Part shown: positions 24,352 through 37,817 of the stretch, piece by piece | Layout: each line of letters starts with the position of its first letter | How positions within the stretch are numbered: the first letter of the stretch is position 1 | Assembly: GCF_001194135.2 (NCBI RefSeq) | Contig: NC_068981.1 | Location: forward strand, 99,581,082-99,645,081 | Length of the DNA stretch: 64,000 nt | From: Octopus bimaculoides | Lineage: Eukaryota | Reading direction: 5' to 3' | Position numbers and translations under genes: made by a program | Notes under the pieces: model-generated | Database searches by the model: none | Seen by the model: only the letters and a program-made list of their open reading frames with translations | What the model was told of the DNA's origin: nothing

Positions 24352-24474
24352 GCATTTCCAGTGCCATTGTAAACCCATTGGTTGCTACCAATTCCTTCAT
24401 AATCAGACACTGCATAGTAACCACAAGTTTCAATGTGAATAAGGAATAACATGTAAGTCATCGTTTTGATAATT
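24352..24474 (-). CDS. CNGB: CNGB exon, S5: (R)IIKTMTYMLFLIHIETCGYYAVSDYEGIGSNQWVYNGTGN(A)
   Basis: ttttcag acceptor, gtgagt donor; 123 nt, phase 2/2; lies in ORF 24348..24548. Confidence 0.96.
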
Positions 24475-25760
24475 CTGAAAACAGAAAATTGAAAACAGTT
24501 TTCTTCATATGTAACAGAAAGAAAAAAAAAAAAGAGTTTGATCAACAATTTTTTTCTCTATAATGTCTTTAACACTTTTTTTTTCCAAACACATTGACTA
24601 GTATAGATAAGGATAAGTAAAAACAAACTTGACAGCAAATTGTATACAACATTCCATGACTGCCACACTAACATCTCATATAATCGATTATGTCACAAGT
24701 TAAAAGTCTGGAAATTATTGATATTTTTATGTTAACATGAGTGGGATGCTTTTCGAAAAATTTTGATGTTTACACTTTTACTAGTTTCAATCATTGGATT
24801 GCAGCCGTGTGACACTAGTTTGTATTCCAGGTTTCTACAAATATTGTCTACTCTCCAGCACACATAGGCCTGTGTAGTGGTGTGAAATTATAGCTGCCAT
24901 TGAGGAAGTACTATCTGTGCATGCGCAAGGGACTTCACCACCGGAAGCCCCTCGAGTGCGCATGCATAGTAAATCTAGTACTTAAAGAGTTTGTTTCACT
25001 TTTTAAGTCAGTTGAGCGAGAGACCTTCGACGTGACAACACCTCGCTCCTCAACGAAGCACTCTTCACCACGATGCTATCGATATGATAGCTATTTGCTC
25101 CTCTGGCATGCATCAAGGAAGCTCTTAATCTTCCAATACCGATTACAAATTAATCAGCGGCTGCTAAGCTGAGTGACACAGGATTTATAAAACCAAGCAT
25201 CATCAAAAATAAAACTTATTTTTATTATGTTGTTAATTGTTCTACTGTTTCTTCATATATAATTATGTTGAAAGGTGATAGAGAGAGACTAATGTCTCTA
25301 TTACAACTATCAACCATTTACACCTGCATGCATATACTTACACATATACACTAATACCTCTAGTGTCTAACTGCTTTTGTAAGTCAAGCATTTACTCATG
25401 ATGTGATATGTGTTCAATACTCATGAGAGAGATAATGAATTGCAGATGAAAACAATGATGGTGATGGTAAGGTGGTGGTGATGATGATGATAAGAAGTTG
25501 ATACAGTTATTTTGTTCCAAAAACTACCATAGGTTTACTATTGATGGGAAGTTAAAGAGAGTGATACTTTGTGTGTTGTGTCTATTCCTCTATATAAATA
25601 TATACATACATGTATGCACATGTACACATAATGAATATATTATGTATGCATATTTAAATTGGCTGTAAACTTACACAACTGACCCAAGAGTCAATAGTTT
25701 CATGCACAGTAAATATCAAACTTGATGTAATATTACAGCTGATTTATATATGTAAATATA

Positions 25761-26154
25761 TAGGTGCAGGCGTGGCTGTGTGGTAAGAAGCTTGCTTCTC
25801 AACCACATGGTTCTGGGTTCAGTCCCACTGTGTGGCACCTGTCTTCTACTATAGCTTCAGGCCAACCAAAGCATTGTGGGTGAATTTGGTAGACAGAAAC
25901 TGAAAGAAACCTGTCATATGTATATATTTGTGTGTGTGTGTCTTTGTGTCTGTGTTTGTTGCCCCATCACCACTTGACAACCGGTGTTGGTGTGTTTACA
26001 TCCCGTTATTTAGTGGTTTGGCAAAAGAGACTGATAAGTACTAGGCTTAAGAATAATAAGTCCTAGGGTTGAAATGTTCAACAAAAATCCTTCAAGGTGC
26101 TGCTCCAACATGGCCACAGTCAAATGACTGAAACAAGTAAAAGAATAAAAGAAT
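25761..26154 (+). mobile_element. SINE family A copy
   Basis: Same head and tail as 18522..18938. Confidence 0.85.
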
Positions 26155-28200
26155 ATATAAACACTTCAGGTCAATTCAGCCATGTAGCCACACAAGTGCT
26201 TTTCTTGGACTATTCTTTTCCTTCTCTCCAGACCTATCATCTTGTCTTTTTCTGATGAAGAGCCATGCTCAAGATGTCACACATTCCAACATTTTTCCAT
26301 CTTAAACTCAGTGTTAAATTAATACATTCAACTTTTGTTGCTTTTGTCTTTATTTTCGATTTGCCTATATATATAAATATATATATATACTCTTATGTAT
26401 TGAGTTCTATTTCTCTATTTTGTTTCACCATCATTTTAACATTCTCATTTGCATGACTGCATGAGATGAATGGAATTTGTTGAGGCAGATGTTTTCTCTC
26501 ACCTGTTTCTCTAAGTTAATATTTTCCCATAGCCAGACCCATTTACAAAGAAGATTGGAAACAATGAACACTGCTTGTATGACAGAGATACTCATTTACA
26601 AATATAATGCAAAGCTAGGATAAGGAAATACTCATACACTTGCTCTTTCTTTCTCTTTCTCTCACACATGTATGCATGCACACACACACAAATGATAGGC
26701 TTCTTTCTGTTTCCTCTCTACCAAATCTCTTCAAAATGCTTTGGTCAGCCTGGAGCTATAGAGGCCAAGATGCCATGCAGTAGGACAGAACCTGAAGCCA
26801 TGTGGTTGGGAAGCAAACTTCTTAATCATACAGCCATGCCTAGTGTACATACATATATAAACTTATATATATTTAAGGTGGACTACTAGTAGATATTCAG
26901 ATCTTTGACCCATTTGAAGTTTAGGTTGCATACTGTCTTTTCTTCACAATTACCAATGTAATGATAAGAAGTTTCTGTGCGTGGGTCAACAGGGTAACAG
27001 TTTGATACCAAGCTGATGACAATTGAATGAACGCACATTCTGTTGAGATTTTAAATGCAAAAATATTTTTCCTTCCTGTTAACAACTAAATGTTGTTGCT
27101 GCTATAAATGACAAAATATGTTTACAGCAAGTAAGATAGTCTGAATTTAATATGAGATGATGGATCAGGTTTAACAGTAGTCACCATAATGTGTTTCTTG
27201 GAGTTAGCTGGTTAGGTTGTGTCCTGCCACAATGAAATAGTTGTTTTCCATTGGTGCTATGGTCAGGCGTGTGCTGCTACTGTCTCATGGACTCTTGCTC
27301 TAGTTTGGTCTGTTTGTTTACTCTTTGCTTCTGTAGGTTCGTGGCTAAAATACCCTAAATATATAATATGCTCTTGTCAGAAAAAGCACCAGAAGTCTAG
27401 ATGGTTAGTGTTCCGATGACATCACAAATATTTGAGCAAATTGCATTCATGTTGTCTGATTGTTTATGTACAGTGATTCAAGTTCAATTTCTAGGTATTT
27501 GTGACTGCAACAGTGGTGTCTATTCTTCAACTAGTTCGATTTGCTAGACTTTCACAAAATGAATGAAAATAACTTAAACAAAAATGCTTGAAGTATTAGT
27601 GATGGCAGTGTACTTCATCATCTAGCTACAGGTTTCAGTTAGCTACTGTGTTGGTTAGTGCATATATGTACTACATTACTGTCATCATCATCATCCTCAT
27701 TTAAGGTCCATTTTTCTTCTCACCAACCCTTACCTGTTCCCAAGCAAGGTAAAATTTCCCAAGGCCAGGCGTTTTTACAGAAGACTAGAAATGAATTATT
27801 TCACATGTATGACAATGATACTCATTTACAATCATTACAAGATTTCTAGACAAGGGTATACTCAAGCATATGCATTATACACACACATGTATGTGTGTGT
27901 GTGTGTGTATATATATATCACCACTACAACCAATCAACTACTGCTATTGACACGGACAGAGGCCACTGCCATTTACCATTACCAACACGGTCACTACTAC
28001 TATTACAACCCCCCAAAAATGCCCCAACGTGGACTATTGACACCAGTAAGGAACAATTATGAATTCTTCATTTAATTTCATTTTTTTAAATATGTATTTT
28101 TGATAAGGTTCGTTTTTACAAGAACCGAAACATGTTAAAAATATCTCTGACAAAATTTTTTAATTAAAATTCATTTTTTATGTATTGGCATTTTCAAACT

Positions 28201-28242
<42 letters not shown>

Positions 28243-28442
28243 TCATCATTTAATTTAATATACACAACAGACTTCTTTCAGTTTCTTATCTACCAAATGT
28301 ACTGACATGGCTTTGGTTTGCCCAGCGTTGTAGAAGATCCTTGACACTTGCTGAAGATGTCATGCAGTGGGACTGAACTCAAGACTACATGGTTGAGAAG
28401 TACACACACACACACACACACATTTGGGATAGGAGAACTTAC

Positions 28443-28507
28443 CTCACAGCATGTGCTGACCGAGCTGCTTGATCACAACGCTCGTAGAATTCCCAAAATG
28501 TTAGAAT
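28443..28507 (-). CDS. CNGB: CNGB exon, S4-S5 linker: ILTFWEFYERCDQAARSAHAV(R)
   Basis: atttcttcag acceptor, gtaagt donor; 65 nt, phase 0/2; TFWEF motif. Confidence 0.95.
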
Positions 28508-29458
28508 CTGAAGAAATCAATAGAAATTTAATCAGACATTATGAAGGTTAGAAACAACATTGTTTCATTATCACATCTGTTACATATGCATAAATATGCA
28601 AATATATATACACATACACACACAAGCATATGCATATATATATATATATATATACACACACGCACACACACACACACAAGTGTGTGTGTGTGTATGTTTG
28701 TCAGGCACTGTCTATTTCCTTCTCTCTTTCTAAATAAAAGCATATATGTATATTAACGTTTTTTTAAACATTAAGGCTATTTTAGGTAACACATAGCTAA
28801 GAGTTGTTTCCCTTTACATTTAAAGCCAATATTTAAGTTTGGGATTTGATATGTAATTGTTAGCGTTCATGTTATTATGATGATGATGATCATCATCATG
28901 ATCATGATTATGAAGTGGAGTTCGAACAGATGGAATATCGTATGCTATCACAATTCTGTGGCAGAGTTGACCTCACAGGAAATGGATAGCAACTAATGGA
29001 TGAGAGGGTGTCATAGTGTTGAGAGTTACAGATTTTGAGACTCACTAGTGACTGATACAATGGGAATAGAATGGATAATAACAATAATGATGAAGGTGAA
29101 GGTAATGATAAACACATGTCTCTTAACTGCAGGTACACGTTACTAGAGGAACCACCCGATATGTGCATATTACATGTGAATACACGTACATGATTACATA
29201 TGTATGCCTGCACACATGCATTTATGTATGTATGTATGGATTTCTCTGTGTGTGTGTGTATGTATGTATGTATGTATGTATGTTTTTCTTTGAGCTTTAT
29301 TGCAGTTCTTTTCAAGAGAGTTCAAGCTGGTTGCTAACAAAGCAATAACACCTTTGAAGTTAAGAGACTTTCTGGTATTTGTAAATATGTGGTTGAGGGG
29401 GTGAGTTGGTGTGTTTGTTCGAGCTCTCAGTGCATACACCCATGTGTGTGCATCTTAT

Positions 29459-29682
29459 TTCTTTATTGCCCACAAGGGGCTAAACATAGAGGGTACAAAC
29501 AAGGACAGACAAACGGATTAAGTCGATTATATCGGCCCCAGTGCGCAACTGGTACTTAATTTATCAACTCCGAAAGGATGAAAGGCAAAGTTGACCCCGG
29601 CGGAATTTGAACTCAGAATGTGGCGGCAGACGAAATACCGCTAAGCATTTCGCCTGGTGTGCTAATGTCTCTGCCAGCTCGC
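29459..29682 (-). mobile_element. tRNA-derived SINE, family D, best-preserved copy
   Basis: Reverse complement reads gagctggcagagac..tgctta..ctgagttcaaattcc..gcctttcatcctttcgg; other copies near 13085, 16318, 19470, 32863, 35570, 40270, 54320, 54605, 55919, 56151, 61795. Confidence 0.85.
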
Positions 29683-29739
29683 AGATGTGTGTGCATCTAT
29701 TTACCTAACTAATCTCAGATGGAGAATCTTTGGAATATC

Positions 29740-30105
29740 TTACAAACCTTCACTCTGCCAGTAATAGATTGGATTTGGAGAATCCGTGTCAGTTTCTTTT
29801 GTCCTTTTTTTAAAAAGAAAAAGAAACCCTAGTATTTCTGAGTTTTTGTGTATATTTGTTGGTATGCAGCCAAGTGCACATATGATGATAGGTGCAAATG
29901 AGAATTTATAGTCAGGGTACAAGAGCTGAAAGTTTTGCATTAATTCGCCATAAATATTCTGTTTTTCTTGGACTTTTGACTGTATATTCACATCTACTGG
30001 GCAACTGACCTCTACAACAGTGCATGACTTTTGTTCCTTATCCCACAAAACAATATCAGGTCTGTTATGTTTGTACGGAGTTGCTGTTTTTATTGGAGGG
30101 TTCCA
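29740..30105 (-). mobile_element. Restriction-like endonuclease (PD-D/ExK) end of an R4/Dong-type non-LTR retrotransposon
   Basis: KHNRPDIVLWDKEQKSCTVVEVSCPVDVNI..K..EK..IY..L..LYPDYKF...PIIICALG matches the RLE 'NRPDI...E..P.D.N...K..KY' pattern. Confidence 0.8.
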
Positions 30106-30624
30106 CTATGCATGCACACACACAAATATTTATTTCCAACTTTATTGACATGAAAATTCATCATTGAAACATTTATTCTGAGCTTTAATCTTTGTTGTTA
30201 TGCTTTAAGTCAGTTTTGATTGAATATTATCAAGCTGCCACCACTTGTCTTTTTTTTCCTGACACTGAATACCTCTGAAAACAGCACACAGCATGTTCTA
30301 CTTTTAGTGTGATTTTGCTTGCTAGTTCTAGTTCTGTGTTTCCCAACCATTTTTTTTTTACCCTTGGACTCCTTTGATTCCTATTTTACTCAGATGTACC
30401 CTCCTAGCCGTTTTTTTTTTGTTTAAAAAGTCATATTATATTTTTATAATTAAATATTATTAAGAACTGATTAAAAAAAGAATTAAAAAAAAATTTTGTG
30501 TATTGTAGAAGTATAACCAATTTATAGTGCATAAATTTTAACAACAAAATCTTCCATGGACCTCCAAGGGTTGAGAACCACTATTCTTGTTGATTAACTG
30601 TCTGCATTGAAGGTTCATGGAGAA

Positions 30625-31025
30625 ATGTACTTGTTAGTGTAATATTCAGTTACTCATTTCTCATCCTCTCTAGGAATATACAATAGTGTATACTGCTCAG
30701 TTACTGGTAATGTGTTATCAGAGAGCAATGTCAGTGCATACTACTCAGTTACTGTTCTGTCATCTTGATGGAAAAGCAACAGTAGTGCATATTGACTAAT
30801 TGACGGTTGTCAACTCATCAATGAAAAATGTTAGTATGTAGAGGTGAGTTACTGGTTTGCTATTTTATTACAAAATGCTGTTAGTGCATACTTGTATCAC
30901 TTTGTTAAAGGTAAATATTAGTATACACAGGTCAATTTCATGTCTGACATCCAGCTACTATTCATTTACTGATGTCAACTTATTAAAAAGCAATGTTAGT
31001 GTATATTGGTGAATTATTGGTCTGT
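30625..31025. repeat. Degenerate minisatellite, about 50-bp period; reverse-complement array at about 31640-31960
   Basis: Recurrent (gc)aatgttagtg(c/t)ata...agttactgg at about 30634, 30685, 30731, 30783, 30832, 30881, 30919, 30997. Confidence 0.6.
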
Positions 31026-32842
31026 GGTCTTACTCTAACATCTTATATAAGATGTCAGAGTGTGGTATAATTATTTTGGAATTATTTCCACCCACATCTA
31101 TATATAATAGGGGTAGCCATGTATCTCCTCTATAGGAAGAAGCCCGTGCTTATCCCTCTATCTTACAACACCCAGCATAAAGCCACTTTCCCTTCTCAAA
31201 TACTCCCCATTTAACACTGGAAGCTTTTCTCCTTTTCCTCTTCCTGTCCTTCTATCTTGCAAATTACTTGGAAACTACACTAGTGCTGGTGGCATGAAAA
31301 AGCACCCAGTACACTCTGTAAACTTATTAACATTAGGAAGGGCATCCAGCTGTAGAAATCATGCCAAAGCTGATACTGAATCTTGATGAAGCCTTGCAGC
31401 TTGCCAGATCCTGTCAAACTATGCCAGCATGGAAAGTGGATGTTGAATGATGATGAAGGTGTGATTTAAGGGAGATTCAGCTGCTAATTGTAGAATATCA
31501 AATGATTACATAGATGCTCCCACATTAGTTCAAATTGTTTCTGTTGAAGTAACTGTCCACTTACTAAAGTTAGGTAAGGCAAACAGTTTTATGTTTATGA
31601 GACATTCACCATCTGGTTTTCTGATTTGTTTAGAAAATTACAAACCAATAACTGACAAATAAATACTGATATTGCACTTTGATAAAATGACATCAGTAAC
31701 TGACCCCTGTGCACCAATATTTCTCCTTGACAATATGACAGAGCACAATATATGACCAGTAACAAGACCTTACACAAACAGTTTTCTTTGACAAGTCAAC
31801 ACACCAGGAACTAACCGATGTTTACCAACATTGTTCTTTATCAAACAAGTAACAATCTAATATTCATAATGATTGCTTTTGAAAAGATGCTAGATCAGTA
31901 TAGACTAACGTTGTTCTTTAACATGGTGATAGGTTAGTAACTGTTTGCTTTTTCTCACTTTGGTTAGTGAGCGGTTACTTCAACAGACAACTTGAATAAA
32001 TGAAGGAGTGTCTACAGAGACATTCTATCTTCTCAAATTAACAGTTAGATTTCTCTCAAATCATATCCTAACACATGTAATAATAGGGCTCATTAACTTA
32101 CATAATCCTATGTAACACCAAAATAATGGAATGTTCATGACAAAAATACCTGTGTAACAAATTTTTTTATTTCTTTTTGTCTTTGGTCAATAAGTGCTAT
32201 TTCCTATTTCCTTCTCTCTAGAAATCAAAGGAAATGACTACTATTCCCTTCAAACTTTGCTTTTGTGATTTGGACATTAATTTTTTGAAACTGACCTATT
32301 TTCCATTACATTTCAGACAGATTCAGAGTGGAGTTGCTGAAGCAGAAATATCGTTATAGCAAATATTCTGCTCAATACCATAGGTTTGCTTGTCAGTTGC
32401 TTGACCTCATTCCTGAGCATGAACATGTCTCTTAGTGGCTGACAATAAGTGTATCTCTGATCAAAAGCAGGAGTAGTTGAGGAGCATCATAGCCATGTGT
32501 TGAGAGGGATTCTTTAGAGTTTAATAAATGTAACAAAAGTAAAGTTTGAAGGAAATATTCACCATTTTTCATACTTTCTATGGATAAGCAAATAGGAAAT
32601 ACCAGTTGCTACCCAAGGATAAAAATCGTGTTACACAGTGTTATAGATTTGTTCAATTATGTCTACTCTCAAACTAAACAACAACTACATGTATCATTTT
32701 AAAACTAACTAACAGACATGCAACTGAGCTGTGTATACTAACATTAATCTTTAACAAGATGTCTGATCAATTTAATTTGAAAACTAAAACAGACTTAAAC
32801 TCCCTAATAAATACTTAGTGTGTTCCATATTTCTACTTTATC

Positions 32843-33096
32843 TCAATATTTTACAGTGCTATAAGGTAAGGTGTCGAGCAGGCAGAACCATTAGCATGTT
32901 GGGAAAATGCTTAGTGGCATTTCATCTGTCTTTACATTCTGAATTCAAATACCACTGAGGCTAACTTTAGCTTTCATCCTTATGGGGTTGATAAATAAGT
33001 ACCAGTCAAGTACTGGAATTGATGTAATTGACTAGTCACTTCCTCCAAATTGCTGGCTTTGTGCCAAAATTTGAAATCAATATTTTACAGTGCTAT
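32843..33096 (+). mobile_element. SINE family D insertion with perfect 20-bp target-site duplication
   Basis: tcaatattttacagtgctat at 32843-32862 and 33077-33096 flanks the element. Confidence 0.9.
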
Positions 33097-33808
33097 CATA
33101 CATATGTATGAATCCTATTCTGTTGAATTTAAACTGAAATAAAATATATTTTCTAATTTTACGATTTTGTTTTTTGTTATTTGCTAACCAAGGGAAGAAG
33201 AGCAGAAGGCATGGCACCATAGTAGCTCTGATAGCCAAAGAGTTGCGGGATAGTTAACTGTTACAAATGTATTTAATGATTAGTTTAAATTGTAAGTTAA
33301 TATGTGGTGGGCAGGTGGAAATGGATTGAATGAATATGAGTTTAGGGAGGCACCTCTGAAAAAGACAGATTGTTTAATATTGGTTCTTGGAATGGACATT
33401 ACACTATAGTTGTGTGGATGACATAAATTTAGCTACAATTGGTTAAGTGAACATAATTTAGAGCAAAGAAGCAGAGATTGTGATCATAAAACAATAGAGT
33501 TATGAGCATGGCAACTATTAAGTGCAAGAGCCAATGGTGCCTTGTAAAAAGAACTCAGTCCACTCTGTAAGGTGGTTGACATTAGGATAAGCATCCAGCT
33601 GTAAAAACTATCATGCCAAAATAGACAGTGAAGCCTGTACAGTCTTCTGGCTTACCAACTCCTGTCAAACTCATGCCATCATGAAAAACAGATGTCAAAT
33701 AATGATGATGATGATGATGTGTTTCATAATCAAGTACATGGTATTTTTTTTAAATATGATATTAATATTTCTAAGTCTCTCTAAAGGAGACTACGGCAGC
33801 GGTACTGG

Positions 33809-34198
33809 ATATTAATAGTTATCGCCAAGCCAACATGGCAGTCCCAAAAATAGGACGAATGCTGCCATTGATTAGCTCCAAGAGGCCATCGTCTCTAGGT
33901 AGCTATGTGACACACGAACCTGTGTCTTTTATAACCCCTTCGAACAGGGGAGGTCAGCCACTTCCCCTTGCTAGTCTGGCATCTACAGACTAGTTTCAGG
34001 GTGCTTGCCCTTTATCATTATAGAGCAGCCGAACCCAGCAGGCGTCGCTACTGACCGTCTACTGTTCGAAGGTTATAATGGACACAGGTTCGTGTGTCAC
34101 ATAGCTAGCTAGAGGCGATAGCCTCTTGGAGCTAATCAACGGCAGCATTCGTCCTATTTTTTGGACTGCCATGTTGGGTTGGTGATAACTATTAATAT
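33809..34198. mobile_element. MITE-like element with about 140-bp TIRs
   Basis: atattaatagttatcgccaagccaacatggcagtcc..cgaacag versus ctgttcg..ggactgccatgttgggttggtgataactattaatat. Confidence 0.8.
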
Positions 34199-34559
34199 TT
34201 TTTAATATGGTTTGCTGTTTAATTGAATAAGTCAGGGGGATTATTTCAAATAAGGTGTAAGAATTCTATGGGAAAAATAGCGAAGTGATAGTGTGCCATC
34301 AGTTAATGCTCCATTATCATCATTAACTTTCAATGTTAGTACTTTGGTGAAATACAGTTTATTACTCTAATTGGTGAGTTGTATAATTAGCAAGGTTTTG
34401 TTGAGTTTGTAGTGTTGAAACCAAATCTTTTCATGGGTCAAAAAAAGAACCCAAAAGCAGTCAATTGTATTATTTAAAGAATACTCATATGAAGCTATTT
34501 ATTGTAGCCATGACAACCCTTTTAATTTATATAATTATCATTTTTAGGATACCTTCAGT

Positions 34560-35010
34560 CAAATTCTCCAGGGGTTGCTTCTTCCATACATCTTGCTAAC
34601 TTGCCAGTAATTTATGCTTCTGTATCATTCTTTTTTATATCGAAGTATGTTGATAAGGCCTTTTCCTTCAATACCCATAATACCAGCTTGATGACTGGGA
34701 GCTCCCAGTGTTTCTGGTAGTGACCAGCCAACTTCATTCTTCTGACAGCTATTTTCCTACTCAACACTGATAAGCCCCAATACAGATGCTTGCTGCTAAG
34801 GTTATTCTATTTGATGTTAAGGTTATTTTATCTGCTAAGGTTATTCTATTTGATGATAAGTAAAGCATGTATTTAGATATTTTTGCAAGGTATGCTTCAA
34901 GATCTAGCATTCCCAGCCACATAGAAGCTGATCTTGATATTTCAGCAGAGGCTAGAATTCCACACACTGACCATGCAGTTCAGAGCATTACTTGTAAGTG
35001 CCTTACTCAC
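34560..35010 (-). mobile_element. Degenerate RTE-like LINE C-terminal fragment
   Basis: Minus-strand translation MKLAGHYQKHWELPVIKLVLW..STYFDIKKND. Confidence 0.55.
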
Positions 35011-35354
35011 TTTTAGGTATTACTCAGATGAGATTACTTATAAGCCCAGGTGTTTAAAGTTTTTGACTCCTCTCAGAGCAGTGCATACTGTTATTAGAGG
35101 TGGATGATTTTGGAGGATGTTGTTTATGTGATAGTGAAATGAATCTGAATCTAGTAAAGAATCCATAATTTGTAATTGAGATTCAGAAAATGTCTCATCT
35201 CCTTAAATGTCTCATCTCCTTAATGTTTAAGGAGCGTGCTTTCAGGAAAAGGTCACTAGAGATGAAAATATACATATGAGTGGGCAGTTCCGGTAATATG
35301 CAATATTTTGAAAAAAACATTGTATATATATTTTAATGGAGCAGTTCGTTCGAT

Positions 35355-35421
35355 CAATCAATCAATCGATCCATCCATCCACCCACCCATCCATCTATCC
35401 TTCCATCCATCCATCCATCCA
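35355..35421. repeat. (ATCA)/(ATCC)n tetranucleotide tract
   Basis: Direct reading. Confidence 0.9.
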
Positions 35422-37059
35422 TGTGTGTGTATGTGATTTTATATATTTGTCAATTATTTACTATAATTTACGATGTTGTTAGTTCTAAGTCATCTTCACC
35501 CAAACAGACTTATGCTGAAAAGTACTCCAACCATGACCACCTCATTTTCTGTATACCTAGGAACATATTGGTTTCAAATTTTGGCATCAGGCCAGCAATT
35601 TCGGGGAAAGGGTTAAGTTGATTACATCAACCCCAGTACTCAACTGGTACTTATTCTATTGATCCTGAGAGTATAAAAGGCAAAGTCAACCTTGGTGGAA
35701 TTTGAACTCAGAACACAAAGACAGATGAAATGCTGCTAAGCATTTTGCCCAACTTGCTAAGGAATATATTAACAGTGTGTCCTTACTATTTTTCTGAGAT
35801 GGTAGGGCAGGATTCTTAAGAAGATAGGGTAAGATGGTAGGGAGATTTGGCTGTTATTTCAAGTTGATTAAATGACTATTGAGGCTCACTTTTTGGCTTG
35901 ATATGAATCCTATTTTATAATAGGGAAAGGCATGAACATTAGAACAACCATTTCTTTGTTTAAATATAAATAAAGGGCGTTTTACCAAATCTAAAAGAAA
36001 CCAACTGGATATTCCTTTTAATTTCTTAGACCTACATAGACCTTGAATCTAGTATGTGTCACAGGATAGGATAAATTGGCACTCCACTTCATTTGATCAA
36101 CAGAACAGCCTGCTCATGAAATTAACATTCAAGTAGCTGAGCATTCCACAGACATGTGTACCCTTAATGTAGTTCTCAGAGAGATTCAGCATGACACAAG
36201 ATGTGACAAGGCAGGCCCTTGAAATACAGGTACTACTCATTTTTACCAACTGGAGCAATGTGAAATAAAGTGTCTTGCTCAAGGACACAATGTGCCACTG
36301 GGAGTCAAACTCATGACCTTATGACTGTGAGTTGAATACCCTAACCACTAGACTACACAGCTTCACTGTGTCACAGTAATATTTAGATGACTCAAGTACT
36401 TGACTTGTACTTTATATTATAGCTCTGAGAAGGATGGAAGGAAAAGGTGTCACTGCTGCTGTCCTAGAACTGACACAACACTTACACAGACCACAGAGGC
36501 TACACACATAGCAGTAGACAGACCGAGCCTCAGTAGAAAGCATGAATGGAAAAATAACACCCACCACCATACCACACCACATGAGTAAAGACAGAAGGGA
36601 GGAGAAGAGAGAGGGAAAAAAATTATCATAAATAAAACACAGGTACAAACAAGGTAATCCACATACAAGAGACATATATGCACATACCTGTGATACACAT
36701 ATTATAGAGATAGATAAAAAAAAAGAAAAAATATATTTGTCACATACCTGTGATAAATATAAGAAATAGAGATAAAAAAAAAAAGGATACAAACAACATA
36801 AGAAGCAAACTCATATACACACACAAACACATACACAATAACTTCACAGATGGCTTCAACAGTATCGACAACATGACTAATGACAGCAGCAGTGACAATG
36901 ATGGCAATAACAACTACCACAATGGCAGTACATGGACAAACACATAAACACAGAGAGATACAGGAACTATACCAAATTTTTGGGTCCTAGGACAGCAGCA
37001 TCCACAACAGAGGGAAAGGCTGGGGCTGAAGGTAAGGTCATATTGCTACTAAGAACAAT

Positions 37060-37097
<38 letters not shown>

Positions 37098-37162
37098 TAC
37101 ACACACATACACACACAAACAAGGATGCAAATGCATGTGCACATAAGGATATACATCATAGA

Positions 37163-37550
37163 AGAGTGTGGAGGCGCAATGGCCCAGTGGTTAGGGCAAC
37201 GGATTCGCAGTCATAGGATCGCGGTTTCGATTCCCAGACTGGGCATTGTGAGTGTTTATTGAGCGAAAACACCCAAAAGCTCCATGAGGCTCCGGCAGGG
37301 GATGGTGGCGATCCCTGTTGTAATCCTTCACCACAACTTTCTCTCACTCTTTCTTCCTGTTTCTGTTGTGCCTGTAATTCAAAGGGTCAGCCTTGTCACA
37401 CTGTGTCATGCTGAATATCCCCGAGAACTACGTTAAGAGTACACGTGTGTGTGGAGTGCTCAGCCACTTGCATGTTAATTTCATGAGCAAGCTGTTCCGT
37501 TGATCGGATCAACTGAAACCCTCGATGTCGTAAGCGACTGAATGCCAACA
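37163..37550 (+). mobile_element. tRNA-derived SINE, family C, near full length; partial minus-strand copies at about 36085-36362 and 1330-1577
   Basis: Head gaggcgcaatggcccagtggttaggg..ggtttcgattcccagac; body gttaatttcatgagcaagctgttccgttgatcggatc is shared in reverse with 36085-36130. Confidence 0.8.
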
Positions 37551-37756
37551 ACATAGAAGAGCAGAATGAAATAAGTGGAGCAAGAGCACACATGAGGATA
37601 AAAAGTGTCACTGAATAGGCCACAGATGTGTGAGGAAAAATTCCTGGACAATGGACATGAGTTACAACAAGAACAGTAATAAACAAGTGAAGAACAAATA
37701 TATAGTGCGTGTGTCTATTTGGCCAAAAAAAAAAAAGACCATCCCGAAATACAACA

Positions 37757-37810
<54 letters not shown>

Positions 37811-37817
<7 letters not shown>

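Noticed and set aside
26954-27039. 86-nt segment with AG/GT ends, open in the CNGB frame (MCVHSIVISLVSNCYPVDPRTETSYHYI)
   Set aside because: Not a multiple of 3, so it would frameshift. The flanking exons already join perfectly, and it has no CNG homology.
28528-29439. Many His/Thr/Tyr/Ile/Val/Cys-rich ORFs here and elsewhere in the ORF track
   Set aside because: Translations of (CA)n, (TA)n and (TG)n microsatellites.
37163-37240. tRNA-like sequences (also at 18522, 25761, 29600-29682)
   Set aside because: They continue into SINE bodies and lack a complete cloverleaf acceptor stem; SINE heads, not tRNA genes.
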